NCBI RefSeq assembly: GCF_963921235.1
Contig: NC_086108.1
Coordinates: 91,948,001-92,012,000, forward strand
DNA: 64,000 bases
Reading direction: 5' to 3'
Source of the DNA: Mobula hypostoma
Lineage: Eukaryota
The notes under the pieces are model-generated. The model worked only from the letters and a program-made list of their open reading frames with translations, searched no databases and was not told the origin of the DNA. Of this stretch, positions 26,157 to 37,627 are shown one piece after another (position 1 is the stretch's first letter; each line of letters begins with the position of its first letter). Made by a program: the position numbers and the translations under genes.

Positions 26157-28779
26157 ATACACTGCCTTTTGACCATCAAAAACTTCTTTGTGTTGTTCTG
26201 GTCAGCATAGTGCTGAAGTTCTGCCACTTTGGCCTCCCACCACTGACCTTTCAACTTCCACAGCTCAGCCTAGACCTTACTACAGAGGTGCTTCAAGCAG
26301 TCATGTTTGGAGGTTGACTGCTTGTCACTGGGCCAGCTCGCAAAGGCTACCTGCTCCTGCTTGAGAAGGGTGATGATATCAGAGTTGTTCTTATTGAACC
26401 AATCCTGATGCTTCTTCTTGGGATGCCCGAGATCAGCATTTGCAGCATTGTACAGTGTGTCTCTGAGGACAGCCCATGGGTCTGGTTCCTCAGGCAGTTG
26501 CTCAAGTTGTCCCTCCAGTTTGCTGATCAGCTCTTCTTTGGTGCTGGGGCCAGCAAGCTGTTCAATGTCCACCTTCCGCTTGGCGTCAGCCTGCTGGTGC
26601 CTATGCACCCTGGCGATCTGAAGTGACAGCTTGCTTCTCAGCAGGATGTGGTCGGCCCAGCAGTCTGCACCCCTCATCGTTCTGGTGATGATCACATCCC
26701 TCAGCGCCTTGTGATCACGTAATCAATCAGGTGCCTCTTATTGGAGCGCAGGTGCATCCAGGTTGCCTTGTGGATGTCTGGAAGCTGAAATAGAGTGTTG
26801 GTGATTGTCAGCCATTTTCTGCACAGAAGTAGCTGCCCATTTGAATTCTCCTTCCCAAGGCCATGATTGCCAATTGCTTCCAGCTAAGACTGATGGTCAC
26901 TGCCTACTCGGGCATTAAGGTCACCAAGTAGCAGGACCTTGTCGTCTTTAAGGACAGCTCGTAGTAGCTGGCCGAGTTCCTGGTAGAACAGTTCCTTCTG
27001 TTCAGACGTGTAGGTCATGATGGGTGCATAGGCACTGATCAGAGTCAGATGAGTCTTGGCTTTCGGAGTCAGCCTCATTGCCATGAGAGGATTGTTGATC
27101 CTTCCGGGAAGGGACTTCAGGTTCTTGACGATTGTGGTCCCCATGGCAAAGCCAATTCTGGCTTCTCTAGCCTCATCCTTTCCCTTGCCATTCCAGGAAA
27201 ACACGTAGCCAGCCCCTACTTCTGTGATTTCACCAGTCTTGGACAGGCATGTCTCACTGAGCACTGAAATCGACGTTGTACTTCTGAAGCACGCGTCCTG
27301 CAAATGCAGTTCGCCTCTCTGGTCTGTTACTGGTCTTGTTGTCCATGAGTGTCCTGATGCTCCAGGTTGCAACATAATGTTTGCTCAGCTTTCTCGTGTT
27401 CTTTCTTTTGTGGTTTTTGAGGTAGTTCGACTGCAAAATAGATGTCCAGTCAGCTGCGGTATGCTCACAGGATAGAGTGAGGCAATCTTTCTTCAGGTCA
27501 CCTTTTCCAGACCCTTTCCTATGAGGGGGGAACAGTGCGGTCCCTGTAGAGGGCTGCTCTGTTGCCAAGGTGACTGGTGAACACTGCCGTTGCTGCGTGA
27601 GAAGAGAGCGCCCATCCTGCCTCGGTCGCCTGAGTGCAGGTCCGTGTCTAGTGGTTCCTAGCGCCATCTTATGCCTGCCACCATCGTCACCCACCCATCG
27701 CCTCAGAGTTGGATGTGGAGACTGGTGTCACCAAATCCAGGGCAGGAGGTGTATGAAGACAATAAGTTGCCCAAGCATCACGATCCCCCTCTCAGTCCAG
27801 ATGTTGATGTCGAAAGGGATGCCAGGCATAACATTTTGACGACGGCTGAACTGCAGGAGCTGCCAGAATGACGTTGAATTAAAATCAGACTGTCTTAGCG
27901 GGTGCCAATTCCAGATTTCTTCCTCGGGATTTACTCCCGAAGCCTTTCCCATGTGTAGGTCTAGCCGCAAAGCAGCAAAGTTTTTAAATCTGAGTTTTCC
28001 TTCTCCTAGGTGTGCTAACGAGCCCCACCTGCCCAAAATAACTGGTTTTAAGGTGCCAGCGACGCAACTTCGCCCCTTCTCCCGTCAGTGTAAACAGTTC
28101 TGCCATGTGAAGGCCAAGAGTTGGACTTGGTTATCAGAGGTTAGTTTGAGACGCATACCATTAGGAGCACTTTATAGGTCATGGGAGCTTATCTCCACTA
28201 CCTCCCCATCTTTGACAACCATTTGGAACCCATTCTATATGTACATAAAATAAAAATAAGTAATTGAGACAGAATAGATTAGACCACGAAAAGGTTTCCC
28301 AGAAAGCTACATTTACAGGTAGAACCATATTATTATCAGGTATAATTACCTTTTCCAGGTAATTTTTGTGAAGGCAGTGACAGAGTTGACTTTTAGGATG
28401 ATTAGCACATCTACCAATACGTGACCTGTGTGCTTTTCCTGACACTCATCCAAAGTAAGTTCCTTCAGGCAAACCCAAAGCAGGCCACAAAAAGCACTAT
28501 AAATACTTAATGGCACTAAATTTGGCAATCCCTCAAGGCCAATTTGACAAGCTTTGGGAGAGAGTTATGCTCAGTGCTGTCACACTGGGACCAGAGTTAG
28601 GTTATTGCTGATTGCAGAAAATTGTTCAGATTTATGGACTACAATCAGATGAAAACTTAAAGAGATTTACAAGAGGTGATCCTGTTATCGGCAGCCATCA
28701 ACACCATACCGTACCAAAAATTAGTTGAGCTATTGGGATATATGAAAGAGTACTTACTCCCTTAACATCCTTGCGGTTG

Positions 28780-29340
28780 TCCTTAAATCATTCGCTCCTG
28801 AATTAAGTGAGCCTATAGTTAAGTTGTTCCAGTAAAGCAACAACACTGGCGTCTACTTGTAAAAATGGACAATCGCCCAAAGACGCTCTCTCCAAAAGAT
28901 GCAGGACAAATGCAGTCCAGCTAATTATCTCTTCATCAGTCTATTCTCAATCATCGGCAAAGTGATGGTTAGTGCTGTCAACATTGTCAACACTTCCTCA
29001 CCAATAATCTACTCATTTTGGGTTCTGACAGCTTCACTTGGCTAGAAAATGCATTGCTGCCTCTGTTCACACAGGAACAAGCGAGATGAATACTAGGGGG
29101 TAAGATGAGAGCAATGGCACTGATATCAAAGCAACAATCATAGCATCATAGAGCCCTGATACGGCTGAATTTAATGAAAATCCAAGGGGGAGCATTCCAC
29201 TGGTTGGCATTACACTTGCACTAAGTAAAGTGAGTTCTATCTAGTGAAAGTCAGCCAGGCAAGTCGGTGCTGGGGCATCACAGCAGGCATTCTTCCAGGC
29301 AGTGTCCTAGGCCCAACCATTTTCAACTGCTTCCTACCAA
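28780..29340 (+). mobile_element. Old CR1-like LINE RT fragment (distinct subfamily)
   Basis: taattat..atcagtctattctcaatcatcggcaaagtgatg (NY..ISLFSIIGKVM) and caggcagtgtcctaggcccaacc (GSVLGPT). Confidence 0.7.
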
Positions 29341-29354
29341 AATGACAGGATATT

Positions 29355-29582
29355 TGTTGAAGATTAGTAATGTTTGTACTGTTTTGGTGGAAACGTACAT
29401 AATTCACAACTACCAACATTGAGTTGGGGTTCTCTTTAACAGGCTTGTCTGACATGATGATGTAATTACGTGAATTTCGGTTACTGCGCTTTGCTTTCAG
29501 GTTTTGGAGTACAATAAATGAGGTGTTACTATTTTTCCTAAACATAAAACGCTTCATATCATTTTATTTGCAATAACCAACA
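29355..29582 (+). mobile_element. 5' LTR of the Gypsy element (228 bp)
   Basis: TGTTG...CAACA termini, internal AATAAA near 29513, immediately followed by a PBS. Confidence 0.75.
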
Positions 29583-29583
29583 T

Positions 29584-29593
29584 TGGTGACCCC
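29584..29593 (+). promoter_or_regulatory. Primer-binding site complementary to the tRNA-Trp 3' end
   Basis: TGGTGACCCC one base after the LTR CA; matches the first 10 nt of the Trp PBS TGGTGACCCCGACGTGAT. Confidence 0.8.
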
Positions 29594-29619
29594 AATGCTC
29601 TAGGATGATTGCGGAGTTA

Positions 29620-31177
29620 TTGAATCTGTCGGCCAACACAGTCGCTCTGAAACTGTCGGTTTTGGGACCAAAATTGCCATTGCTTGATTTATACAATCTG
29701 AGGCGCAATTTGCACTGCGAGATACCTCCGCTGAAAACACCAAATATTTCTATGTGGTAGCGTTGCTCAGATGGTGAGTCTACTTGACCACCTGCCCCAA
29801 CATGAATAATACCGATTCTTGAAAACTCACCTTTTACAGACTTTTGGACTATCAGTCTGAGGGCACAGAATGGCTGCTCTCCTTTCCTGGCCTTGGTGAT
29901 GCTAAGCCGTTGGAGCTAACGGACCACACGTTGCCTCTCCTGGGAAATCACCATCCTTGATCTATTTTTAAAGAATTCTTCATGCAACAAATGCCTGATT
30001 AAGTTCACAAAGCCCTCACTAATGCACCCGTGAAGGACTATAGAGAGCTTGCTGAAATGGCGGGCCATCTACACTCAGTCAGGCAGAGGTGCATAATTCC
30101 TCGTCCTTTCCCTGCCTTAGTAAGGCTGCTCAGCAAGGCTTCCAGGCAGACAACACCAGGTCTGTGTTCTTACCACACTCGTTTTGGTATGAACACCAGG
30201 AAGTGTCGACCACCTTGCAGCTTCGACAGTGCCAGCGAATCAGAGCATCAGAGGTCTGCAAACACCATGGGTTCCAACTGCTAGGGATGCCTACTGTACA
30301 TTACGGACACCCTTTCAGGGCAACACTTCCTGTGTGACATGGGTGGTGAAGTGAGTGTGCTGCCAGCATCGCATATTGACGAGAAGGCAATGAGCAATAA
30401 AACCTCACTGGAAGCTAACGGCAGCAGGATCCCAACTTACAGAACGCGACAAGTAATGCTCTGCTTCAGTGGGTGATGTTACACATGGGAATTTGTCCCA
30501 GCTAAAGCAGCTGGACCTCCGCTTGGTGCAGATTTTCTGTGTGCCCAAGAACTGTCAGTTGATCTAAAGAACTGCCAGCCTGTGGAAGTCAAGGAATTTG
30601 GGTCATTATCCTGCTTCTCCAGTAAGTTCCCGACAACGACTCTGTCAAGCGCATGCACCACCACATGTGAGTTTACTCGACTGCTGGGTGAACTCTCAAA
30701 CCTCACCAAGTCCACATTCTCTACTACAGTCACAAAATATCAGGCCGAGCAGCACATTTCTACAACCAGCATGCCAGTCCATGCCCGCATGCATAGACTG
30801 GATCCAGAAAAGCTGACAACTGCAAAGGCTGAGTTTGCCAGTATGGAAAGACTCAGCACTGTATGCTGGCCAAGTAATCCCTGGGCTTCACCCTCCATAT
30901 GGTTGCTAAGTCTGATGGTGGTTGCCACCCATGAGGTGACTACCAACCCCTTATTGCTACCCGGTGCCACACATCCAAGACTTTTCAGTACATTTAGCTG
31001 GAAAGTTAATTTTTTCCAAAGTTGACTTATTTAGGGGCTACCATGAGGAAACTGTGTGCTAAGAGGACATTCCCTAAATGGTGGTGATAGCCCCATTTGG
31101 CCTCTTTGACTTTTTGCACATGCCATTTGGGCTGAAAAACGCAACACAGACTTTCCAATTGCTGATGTACTCTGTAA
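29620..31177 (+). pseudogene. Gypsy (CsRn1/Kabuki clade) gag, protease and partial RT, decayed
   Basis: FIQSEAQFALRD..TKYFYVVALL; CSYHTRFGMNTRKCRPPC; FLCDMGGEVSVLP; LGADFL; NPWASP; PFGLFDFLHMPFGLKNATQTFQ. Confidence 0.9.
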
Positions 31178-31609
31178 TGTTACAAGAATCATCCCTTGTA
31201 GTAAAGATCATAGAGGCACAGACAGATCAGTATTTATCAACAAGTACCTTTATTGTCTCAACAGAAGAACACATGAACTGACACAATCAATACATGTGTG
31301 CACACCAGTTTTCCTGATCTTCCATGAACAGTCAAAGAACAGAAAAGGTATTACCAGTTAAAACAGAGTTTCCACTGCTGGCCACATGTTCCTTGTAGTT
31401 TCATTTTGAATCTCCACATGTCCCTGAGGCATCTTTCAACTGTTAGAGATGTTCTCACACAGAGTTACCACCATTATGTATTTAGAGCTCTTGATTCTTA
31501 TTGTAGTCCTAATCAGTTGAACTGGTGGATCTCCATCCCATTTGCTCAAGGTCACCTGACCTACCTGGGTCACCTTTTAACCGGTTTTAGTCCAGGGATG
31601 CAACCAACA
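31178..31609 (-). mobile_element. Possible LTR of a second, oppositely oriented LTR element
   Basis: TGTT..AACA termini, minus-strand AATAAA near 31250, G-rich tract just upstream on the minus strand; no TSD. Confidence 0.4.
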
Positions 31610-32009
31610 CTGTTTCATCGTTCTGCACCCCCCACACCCCACCCCCACCATCCCCAGCCTTGTGAATTTGTGTCTTTCAACTCTGACTAGTCCAAACTAG
31701 TTAAACCTGGTGACCCAGACACTGAGTCTAATGAGATTACAGATTGATTTGTTGGTAGGTCTGGCATTTTACATAAGTAGCTACTCACTTGAGAATGGTC
31801 TCAGGTTTAGCAGATCATCTCCTGAAGCTCCTTGAGTCGACATTCAATTACTTCGATTAGATTATCCCAGAGCAAGAATCAGTTCAGAGTCTGGGTGGGG
31901 GTGGGGGTGGGGGGGAGTGGAAACAAAGACAATTGATTTGTTTTTGGTTCATCTGAATCCACTAATCTGTAGATTGTAGTTCCTTCGGGCCAACAGTATT
32001 AAAAGACTT

Positions 32010-32168
32010 GGACTTTCTGTTTGTATGGGTTACTACCCATACATCTTTGGAAGGCATATGGGAGGAAATCAGAGCTCCTGGGAGAAACCTATGCATACAA
32101 GCTCCTTACAGATAGTGGACAGAATTGAACCTGGGTCGCTGGCATTACTGCTTACCGTTATGCTAGCT
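32010..32168 (-). mobile_element. HE1-like SINE
   Basis: catctttgg..gggaggaaatcagagc..caagctccttacaga..aattgaacctgggtc. Confidence 0.8.
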
Positions 32169-32299
32169 GGAACAGCCAGATAAATATTGTGGCTACAAGA
32201 ACATATAACAGGTCATTCAAGTCCGTCCTTAAGCAGTCACTTACCTTCTGGCCCAGGTGGCTCCGCTCCAGGACTCTCAGGACCAACCAGGCACAGCCA

Positions 32300-33125
32300 C
32301 TTACCTCTGATTACCCGCAGGTTTGACTGAGGTAACATGGGTTCAGGTCCTCCCTCTCCAGCATATCATCAGAGAAACATCCAGGCCATTAGGAACAAAG
32401 TTGATGAACTACGAATGAGACTAACCTACCAAGGAGAAATGAGATACTGCTATGTGCAATGTCTCACCCTTTCACCTGATTCATCTAAATGAACCATGCA
32501 GCCTAAGGGCTTCTCTATCCACCAGATGGACTATATTGTGTCCTCTGACAAAGTTAGAGGTGAAGGGATCTGCTTGCTAATTGACACCTCATGGTCCTCA
32601 GACATGATGGGCCTGGTGAGTTCCTGCTCACCCAGCTTGGAATATCTAATGGTGGAGTGCATCTAACTCACTATGGGAGATTACTTCAGATATCCTAGCG
32701 GGAGTCTACATCCTACCCTAAGCAAATGAGAAGCCTGCATGCAATGAACTACAGCCTTGAAACAAGATGCTCTGAGGCCCCTTCATCATTATCTGTGACT
32801 TCAACCAGGCTAACTGCAAGAGTTTGTTACTACAATATGCCAGCATGTCTGCTGTCCCACCAGAGGACCATACACCCTTCACCATTGCTACACAAACATC
32901 AAAAAACATCCCACACACAATTTAGTAAATCAGGCCACCAGATTGTACAGAAATTCATACAGTGCTGGTCTGAGGAAACAGGGAGTGCCTACGTGACTGA
33001 TCTGAGTTGGTAGACAGGTCTGTCTTCAAAGACTCAGCAGCTAGCCTTCATGTGTATCTCACCACCATCACAGACTTTATTAATAAGTATGTTGAGGTCT
33101 GTGTACCAAATAATACAATTTGCCT
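32300..33125 (+). mobile_element. Rex1/Babar endonuclease region, degraded
   Basis: NKVDELR.RL, CSPSLEYLMV and DFNQAN-like motifs, paralogous to 40200-40450 and 44172-44800. Confidence 0.7.
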
Positions 33126-33129
33126 GTTT

Positions 33130-33850
33130 GAAGTTCAAATTTTTAAGTATATTGTCACCAAGTTTGTGTATGTCATCATATATTACTTGAAAATTTATCT
33201 TCTTCCATTCATTCACAGTAGATCATAAAATACAATAGAGTAAATGAAAAACTACACAGAAACAAAGACAAACTGTACAAATATAAAAATAAATAAATAG
33301 ATAAATAGTTTTGAGAACATGAGTTGTAGACCCCTTGAAAGTGAGTCCATAGGTTGTGGAAACAGTTCAGTGTTGGGATGAGTGAAGTTAACTACGCTGG
33401 TTCAGGAGCCTGATGGTTGAAGGATAATAACTGCTGTGAACCTGGTGGTGTGGGATCTGAGGCTCCCGTGCCTACTTCCTGATGGCAGCAGAGAGAAGTA
33501 CGCATGGTCTGGATGGCAGGAGTCTTTGATGGTGGATGCTGTCTTTTTGTAGCAGTGCTCCTTTTAGCATGCTGGTGTTCCCAAACCAGAAGCCATGGAT
33601 GAACCAGGAGATGCACAGTCATGTTGTAGCTGTTACACTTTACTCTGCATTCTGTTAGTGTTTTCTCTTGCAATACACCCAAAGACTGTCAAAAAATCAA
33701 TGTGCAAAAGTAGACAAACGGGTGCAAATATAAATGAGTAGGTAGGTCAGTAATACTGAACACACTGTTGCAATGAATCGATCTGCATCAACAAGACAAG
33801 TTTCTTCACAGTAAATCTGCAGATGTGACAATAATAATAAACCAATATAA
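33130..33850 (-). mobile_element. Rex1/Babar 3' ends (two pieces around a short plus-strand remnant)
   Basis: ggttcaggagcctgatggttgaaggataataactg..gatggtggatgctg; second tail gacaataataataaaccaata. Confidence 0.65.
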
Positions 33851-34074
33851 GAGCAAGGGGTTTCTATGCTGAATCCCTGGAGCCTCTGCACCATCTACAC
33901 TATAAAAATCCAGAAATGTTGCAAAATGTCTGGATGATTACCACTCCAACGACATTCAGGAAGCTTAAATCCATGCAGCAGAAAGCAGACTAAGTTAACA
34001 GGTACCTTATTCACCATTTAAATTTTTTAAATTTTCACCACTAATACACGGTGGCTGTTCTAATACATGAAACA

Positions 34075-34370
34075 CCAGGCCTCAACATAGCAGGAGACTG
34101 GCAGCTGGGCAAAAGATGTTCCCAAAGATTTACTTGCAAAAGTTTTAGGTCTTCAGTGACTCATTGGAATGCCTGGCCAATGAGCTCTCAAAATGGGGAA
34201 GGACCATTCTGGATGCGTCTGATAACCTCAAGTCCATCTCTTGGGAGCACACCAGCAAAATCCATGGAAGGGATGCAGTACCTGCCCATCCCACCTTCGC
34301 TGTCAAGCATCTTTTGCCGCAGAGTTTCCAAGTCCCACGTTGGCCTCATTAGCAACTTTGGAATCCAGAA
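34075..34370 (+). mobile_element. Old RTE LINE C-terminal fragment
   Basis: WECLANELSKWGRTI and CRRVSKSHVGLISN (degenerate C2H2 finger). Confidence 0.65.
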
Positions 34371-34373
34371 CGA

Positions 34374-34805
34374 TGCGCACAAAATACTAGAAAAAGTCCG
34401 CAGGTCAGGCATCATCTACATTAGTCAGATGGTGGTAAATCTGTGGAATTTGTTGCCACGAGTGGTTGTGGAGGCCAAGTCATTGGGTGCATTTTAGGCA
34501 GAGATAAATAGGTTCTTGATTAGCCAGGGCATCAAAGGATATGGGGAGAAGGCAGGGGAGTGGGGATGACTGGAAGAATCGGATCAACCCATGATTGAAT
34601 GGCAGAATAGACTCAATAGGCCAAATGGCCTACTTCTGCTCCTACAGTCAATGCTTTGGGCCAGGACTCTTTATCAGGACTTTCATCAGAGTCTCAGCCC
34701 AAAAAAGCAACAGTTATTTCCCTTGGCTGATGCTATCTGATCTGCTGAGTTCCTCCAGCATTTTGTGTGTGTTCCTCAAGATCTCCAGCATGTGTACCAT
34801 CTCTT
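34374..34805. mobile_element. Penelope-derived palindrome interrupted by a CR1 3' UTR (about 34420-34643, plus strand)
   Basis: cacaaaatactagaa..gcaggtcaggcatcatcta pairs with gatgctatctgatctgctgagttcctccagcattttgtg; CR1 tail ggccaaatggcctacttctgctcct. Confidence 0.7.
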
Positions 34806-34994
34806 ATGCTCAGAATGCTGAAACAATCTGCAAGGAAACATGTTAGATCAAACCTACTTCAAACCTGCAATTAACCTCCATAAAGGGAAGAAGCTGCAAG
34901 CCCTAATATTGTTTCCTACCAGACGCTGCAAAATTGACATAAAAATGTATTTCCCTTACTTCATCGTTGCTGAATCAAATCCTAAATTTCGATG

Positions 34995-35268
34995 CTATTA
35001 CAGCTCTGGGCCTCAGAGTTCAGAGTTCAATTCTGGCATCAGCTGTAAGGAGTCTGTACGTCTTTCCCGTGGAATACATGGGTTTTTTACTGGGTGCTCT
35101 GGTTTCCTCCCACAGTCCAAAGACATGTCAAGTAGGATAAATGGTCATTTTAAATTATTGGAAGGTTAATTGTTAAGGTTAAACTGGGGTTGTCAGGGAT
35201 TGCTAGGGCAGCACGGCTTGAAGGCCGGAAGGGCCTATTTCCCAGTGTATCACTAAATAAATAAATAA
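34995..35268 (+). mobile_element. HE1-like V-SINE
   Basis: gggtgctctggtttcctcccacagtccaaagac, ggccggaagggcct, (TAAA)n. Confidence 0.88.
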
Positions 35269-35289
35269 GCTGTAGTTCCTCCAAGAGAC

Positions 35290-35701
35290 CCACAACATTG
35301 TCATAGGGTTTGGGGGCTTGCATACCTCAATAATCCAGAGGGCTATTTAGGCTAGAATCGGGGCCTTATGCTTTGGCTCTTGGTGGGGTCACCCATGCAA
35401 ACAGGTCAAAGGGCAGAGGCCAGACTAAGAGTGGTCCACCAGTCCTCCAGGTTCAGGGGTTCAGCTCAGTGTTAACAAACCAGGCTGACAAAGCAAAATT
35501 GTTATGGAAACATCAATGAAGAATCCTTCTACATTTGAGAGCGATGGTATTCCTGAGTCTCCACCTGAGATTTGCCTGCGCAGCAGTAGTGAAAACTGAA
35601 AGGAAGCTGATGATATGATGAGGAAATCCCAGAACATTGCCAAAGATGGAGGACCTTCAGTACTGCCCTAAACACCAGCCGCGTAACAGGCAGTAAGTAA
35701 G
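35290..35701 (+). mobile_element. Non-autonomous RTE derivative (5' UTR plus 3' tail)
   Basis: ggggtcacccatgcaaacaggtcaaaggg..ccagactaaga resembles RTE (Rex3/Expander-type) 5' UTRs; ends gtaacaggcagtaagtaag. Confidence 0.6.
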
Positions 35702-36334
35702 CCAACTACATTTGTTCAAGAAAGCTGTTCACCACTTTCTTCTCAATGACCCTTAATGATAGGCAATTAATGCTAGAATTTCTAGTGATGCCTGTCCACT
35801 GTGAATTAATTCATAAAAGTACAGTATGTGAAACATTGCCTGAAAGTTTTTTAATCATTGGGAGTTTACTAAAATTAGAAGATACCAATAGAACTATGTT
35901 TGGCTGAGTAAATAAGCTTCAAAGAAAGCATTAGCTTGCTCTTTCTCAAAAGTATGCAACTTATCCATTAGTATTTGCATTCATGGATCAATATTACAGA
36001 TATTTAGTTACTGAATCCAATGCACTTAGAAGCAGTGAAAGATGGACCTTAATAACAGGTATGAAGAATCAAGATAACATCCTGCACTGTAAAGGTCCAG
36101 TTGATGTAAATCAAAATTTATAAACCTCACTTGGTGTCTGTAAAATTAAGTAAAATGGGGGCTTAACTCTTCATCCCATCTGTTGGTAGGTGTGTAGCCG
36201 GAGACCTGTTATCCATCTGATATGTTCTGACATTAAATTGTTCACTTCCTTTGTATAAAAGATTCTGATTTATCAAGCTCAAATTAAAACCTGCAATTCT
36301 AATATTTACAGCATATTGGTTTATATTGGCTCAT

Positions 36335-37620
36335 TATTATTGTCATATGTGCCGAGGTACAGTGAAAAAAATAGTTTTGCATGCTATTGAGACAGATCAT
36401 TTCATTACAACAGTGCATTGTACTAGTACAAGGAAAAATAACAGAGTGCAGAATAAAGTGTAACGGCTAAAGAAAAAGTGTAGCAGACAATAAGTTTGTG
36501 AGGTCAAGAGGTCCATCTTATCATAGTAGGGAAATATTCAATGGCCCACCAGCGCATTTACTTCCTGAGAAAGCTGAAGAAATTTGGCCTGTCCCCTAAA
36601 ACCCTCATTAATTTTTATAGATGCACCGTAGAAAGCATTCTTCTAGGGTGCATCACAACCTGGTATGGAAGTTGTCCTGTCCAAGACCAGAAGAAGCTGC
36701 AGAAGATCGTGAACACAGCGCAGCACATCACACAAACCAATCTTCCGTCCTTGGACTCACTTTACACCACACGCTGTCGGAGCAGTGCTGCCAGGATAAT
36801 CAAGGAATCGACCCACCCAGCCAACACACTTTTCGTCCCTCTTCCCTCCAGGAGAAGGCTCAGGAGCTTGAAGACTCATACGGCCAGATTTGGGAACAGC
36901 TTCTTTCCAACTGTGATAAGACTGCTGATCGGATCCTGACCCGGATCTGGGCCGTACCCTCCAAATATCCGGACCTGCCTCTCGGTTTTTTTTTTGCACT
37001 ACCTTACTTTCCCTTTTCTATTTTCTATTTATGATTTATAATTTAAATTTTTAATATTTAGATTTGTAATCCAGGGAGCGCAAAGCGCAGAATCAAATAT
37101 CGCTATGATGATTGTACTCTGTAGTATCAATTGTTTGGCGACAATAAAGTAAAGTAAAGTAAAGTAAAGGACTTATAACATTGAGAGAGAAGCTATCCTT
37201 GAGCCTGTCAGTACGTGATCTCAGGCTTTTGCATCTTCTGCCCGGTGAGAGGGGGAGAAGAGAGTATTTCCAGGGCAGGCAGAGTCTTTGATTATGCTGG
37301 CTGTTGTAGCAAGGCAGCAAGAAATGTAGCCTGACCCCAGGGAGTGGCAGATGTGCTGAGCTGTATCTATAACTGTAGCTTCTTGCAGTCATGTGTAGAG
37401 CAGTAAGTGTATCATGCATCATGGTCATACCAAACCAAGATTCATCCAGATACGATGTTTCCTAAGGTGCATCAATAGAAAATAGTGAGGGTCAAAGGAG
37501 ACATGCCAAATTTCTTTAGCCTCTTGAGCAAGTAGTGTTGGTGAGCTTTCTTAAACTGTGGCTTCTACAGGATTGGACAAGACCAATTGAGAGCTTTTAG
37601 CTCCTAGGAGAGAGCATTCT
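36335..37620 (-). mobile_element. Older Rex1/Babar 3' region, host of a young copy
   Basis: ttattattgtcatatgtgccgaggtacagtgaaaa tail; minus ORF LLPLSPGRRCKSLRSRTDRLKDSFS. Confidence 0.75.
36541..37168 (+). mobile_element. Young Rex1/Babar 3' fragment
   Basis: Open 132-aa ORF AHQRIYFLRKLKKF..FYRCTVESIL..WYG..NSFFPTVIRLL; gacaataaa plus (AAAGT)4 tail. Confidence 0.92.
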
Positions 37621-37627
37621 CAATTGA

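Larger units (their letters stand above)
22999..28229 (-). mobile_element. RTE-clade LINE with both ends (long 5' UTR, APE endonuclease, RT, C2H2 finger), disrupted
   Basis: WSIRTLMD..RPERRTA, ISAYAP, LGDLNARVG, CWADH, KAPGPDGIPPE, IADDCAL, LLYGCERW, CGCTCTSQFGLRSHQRSH; 13-bp TSD CCATTCTATATGT (22986-22998 / 28230-28242). Confidence 0.93.
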
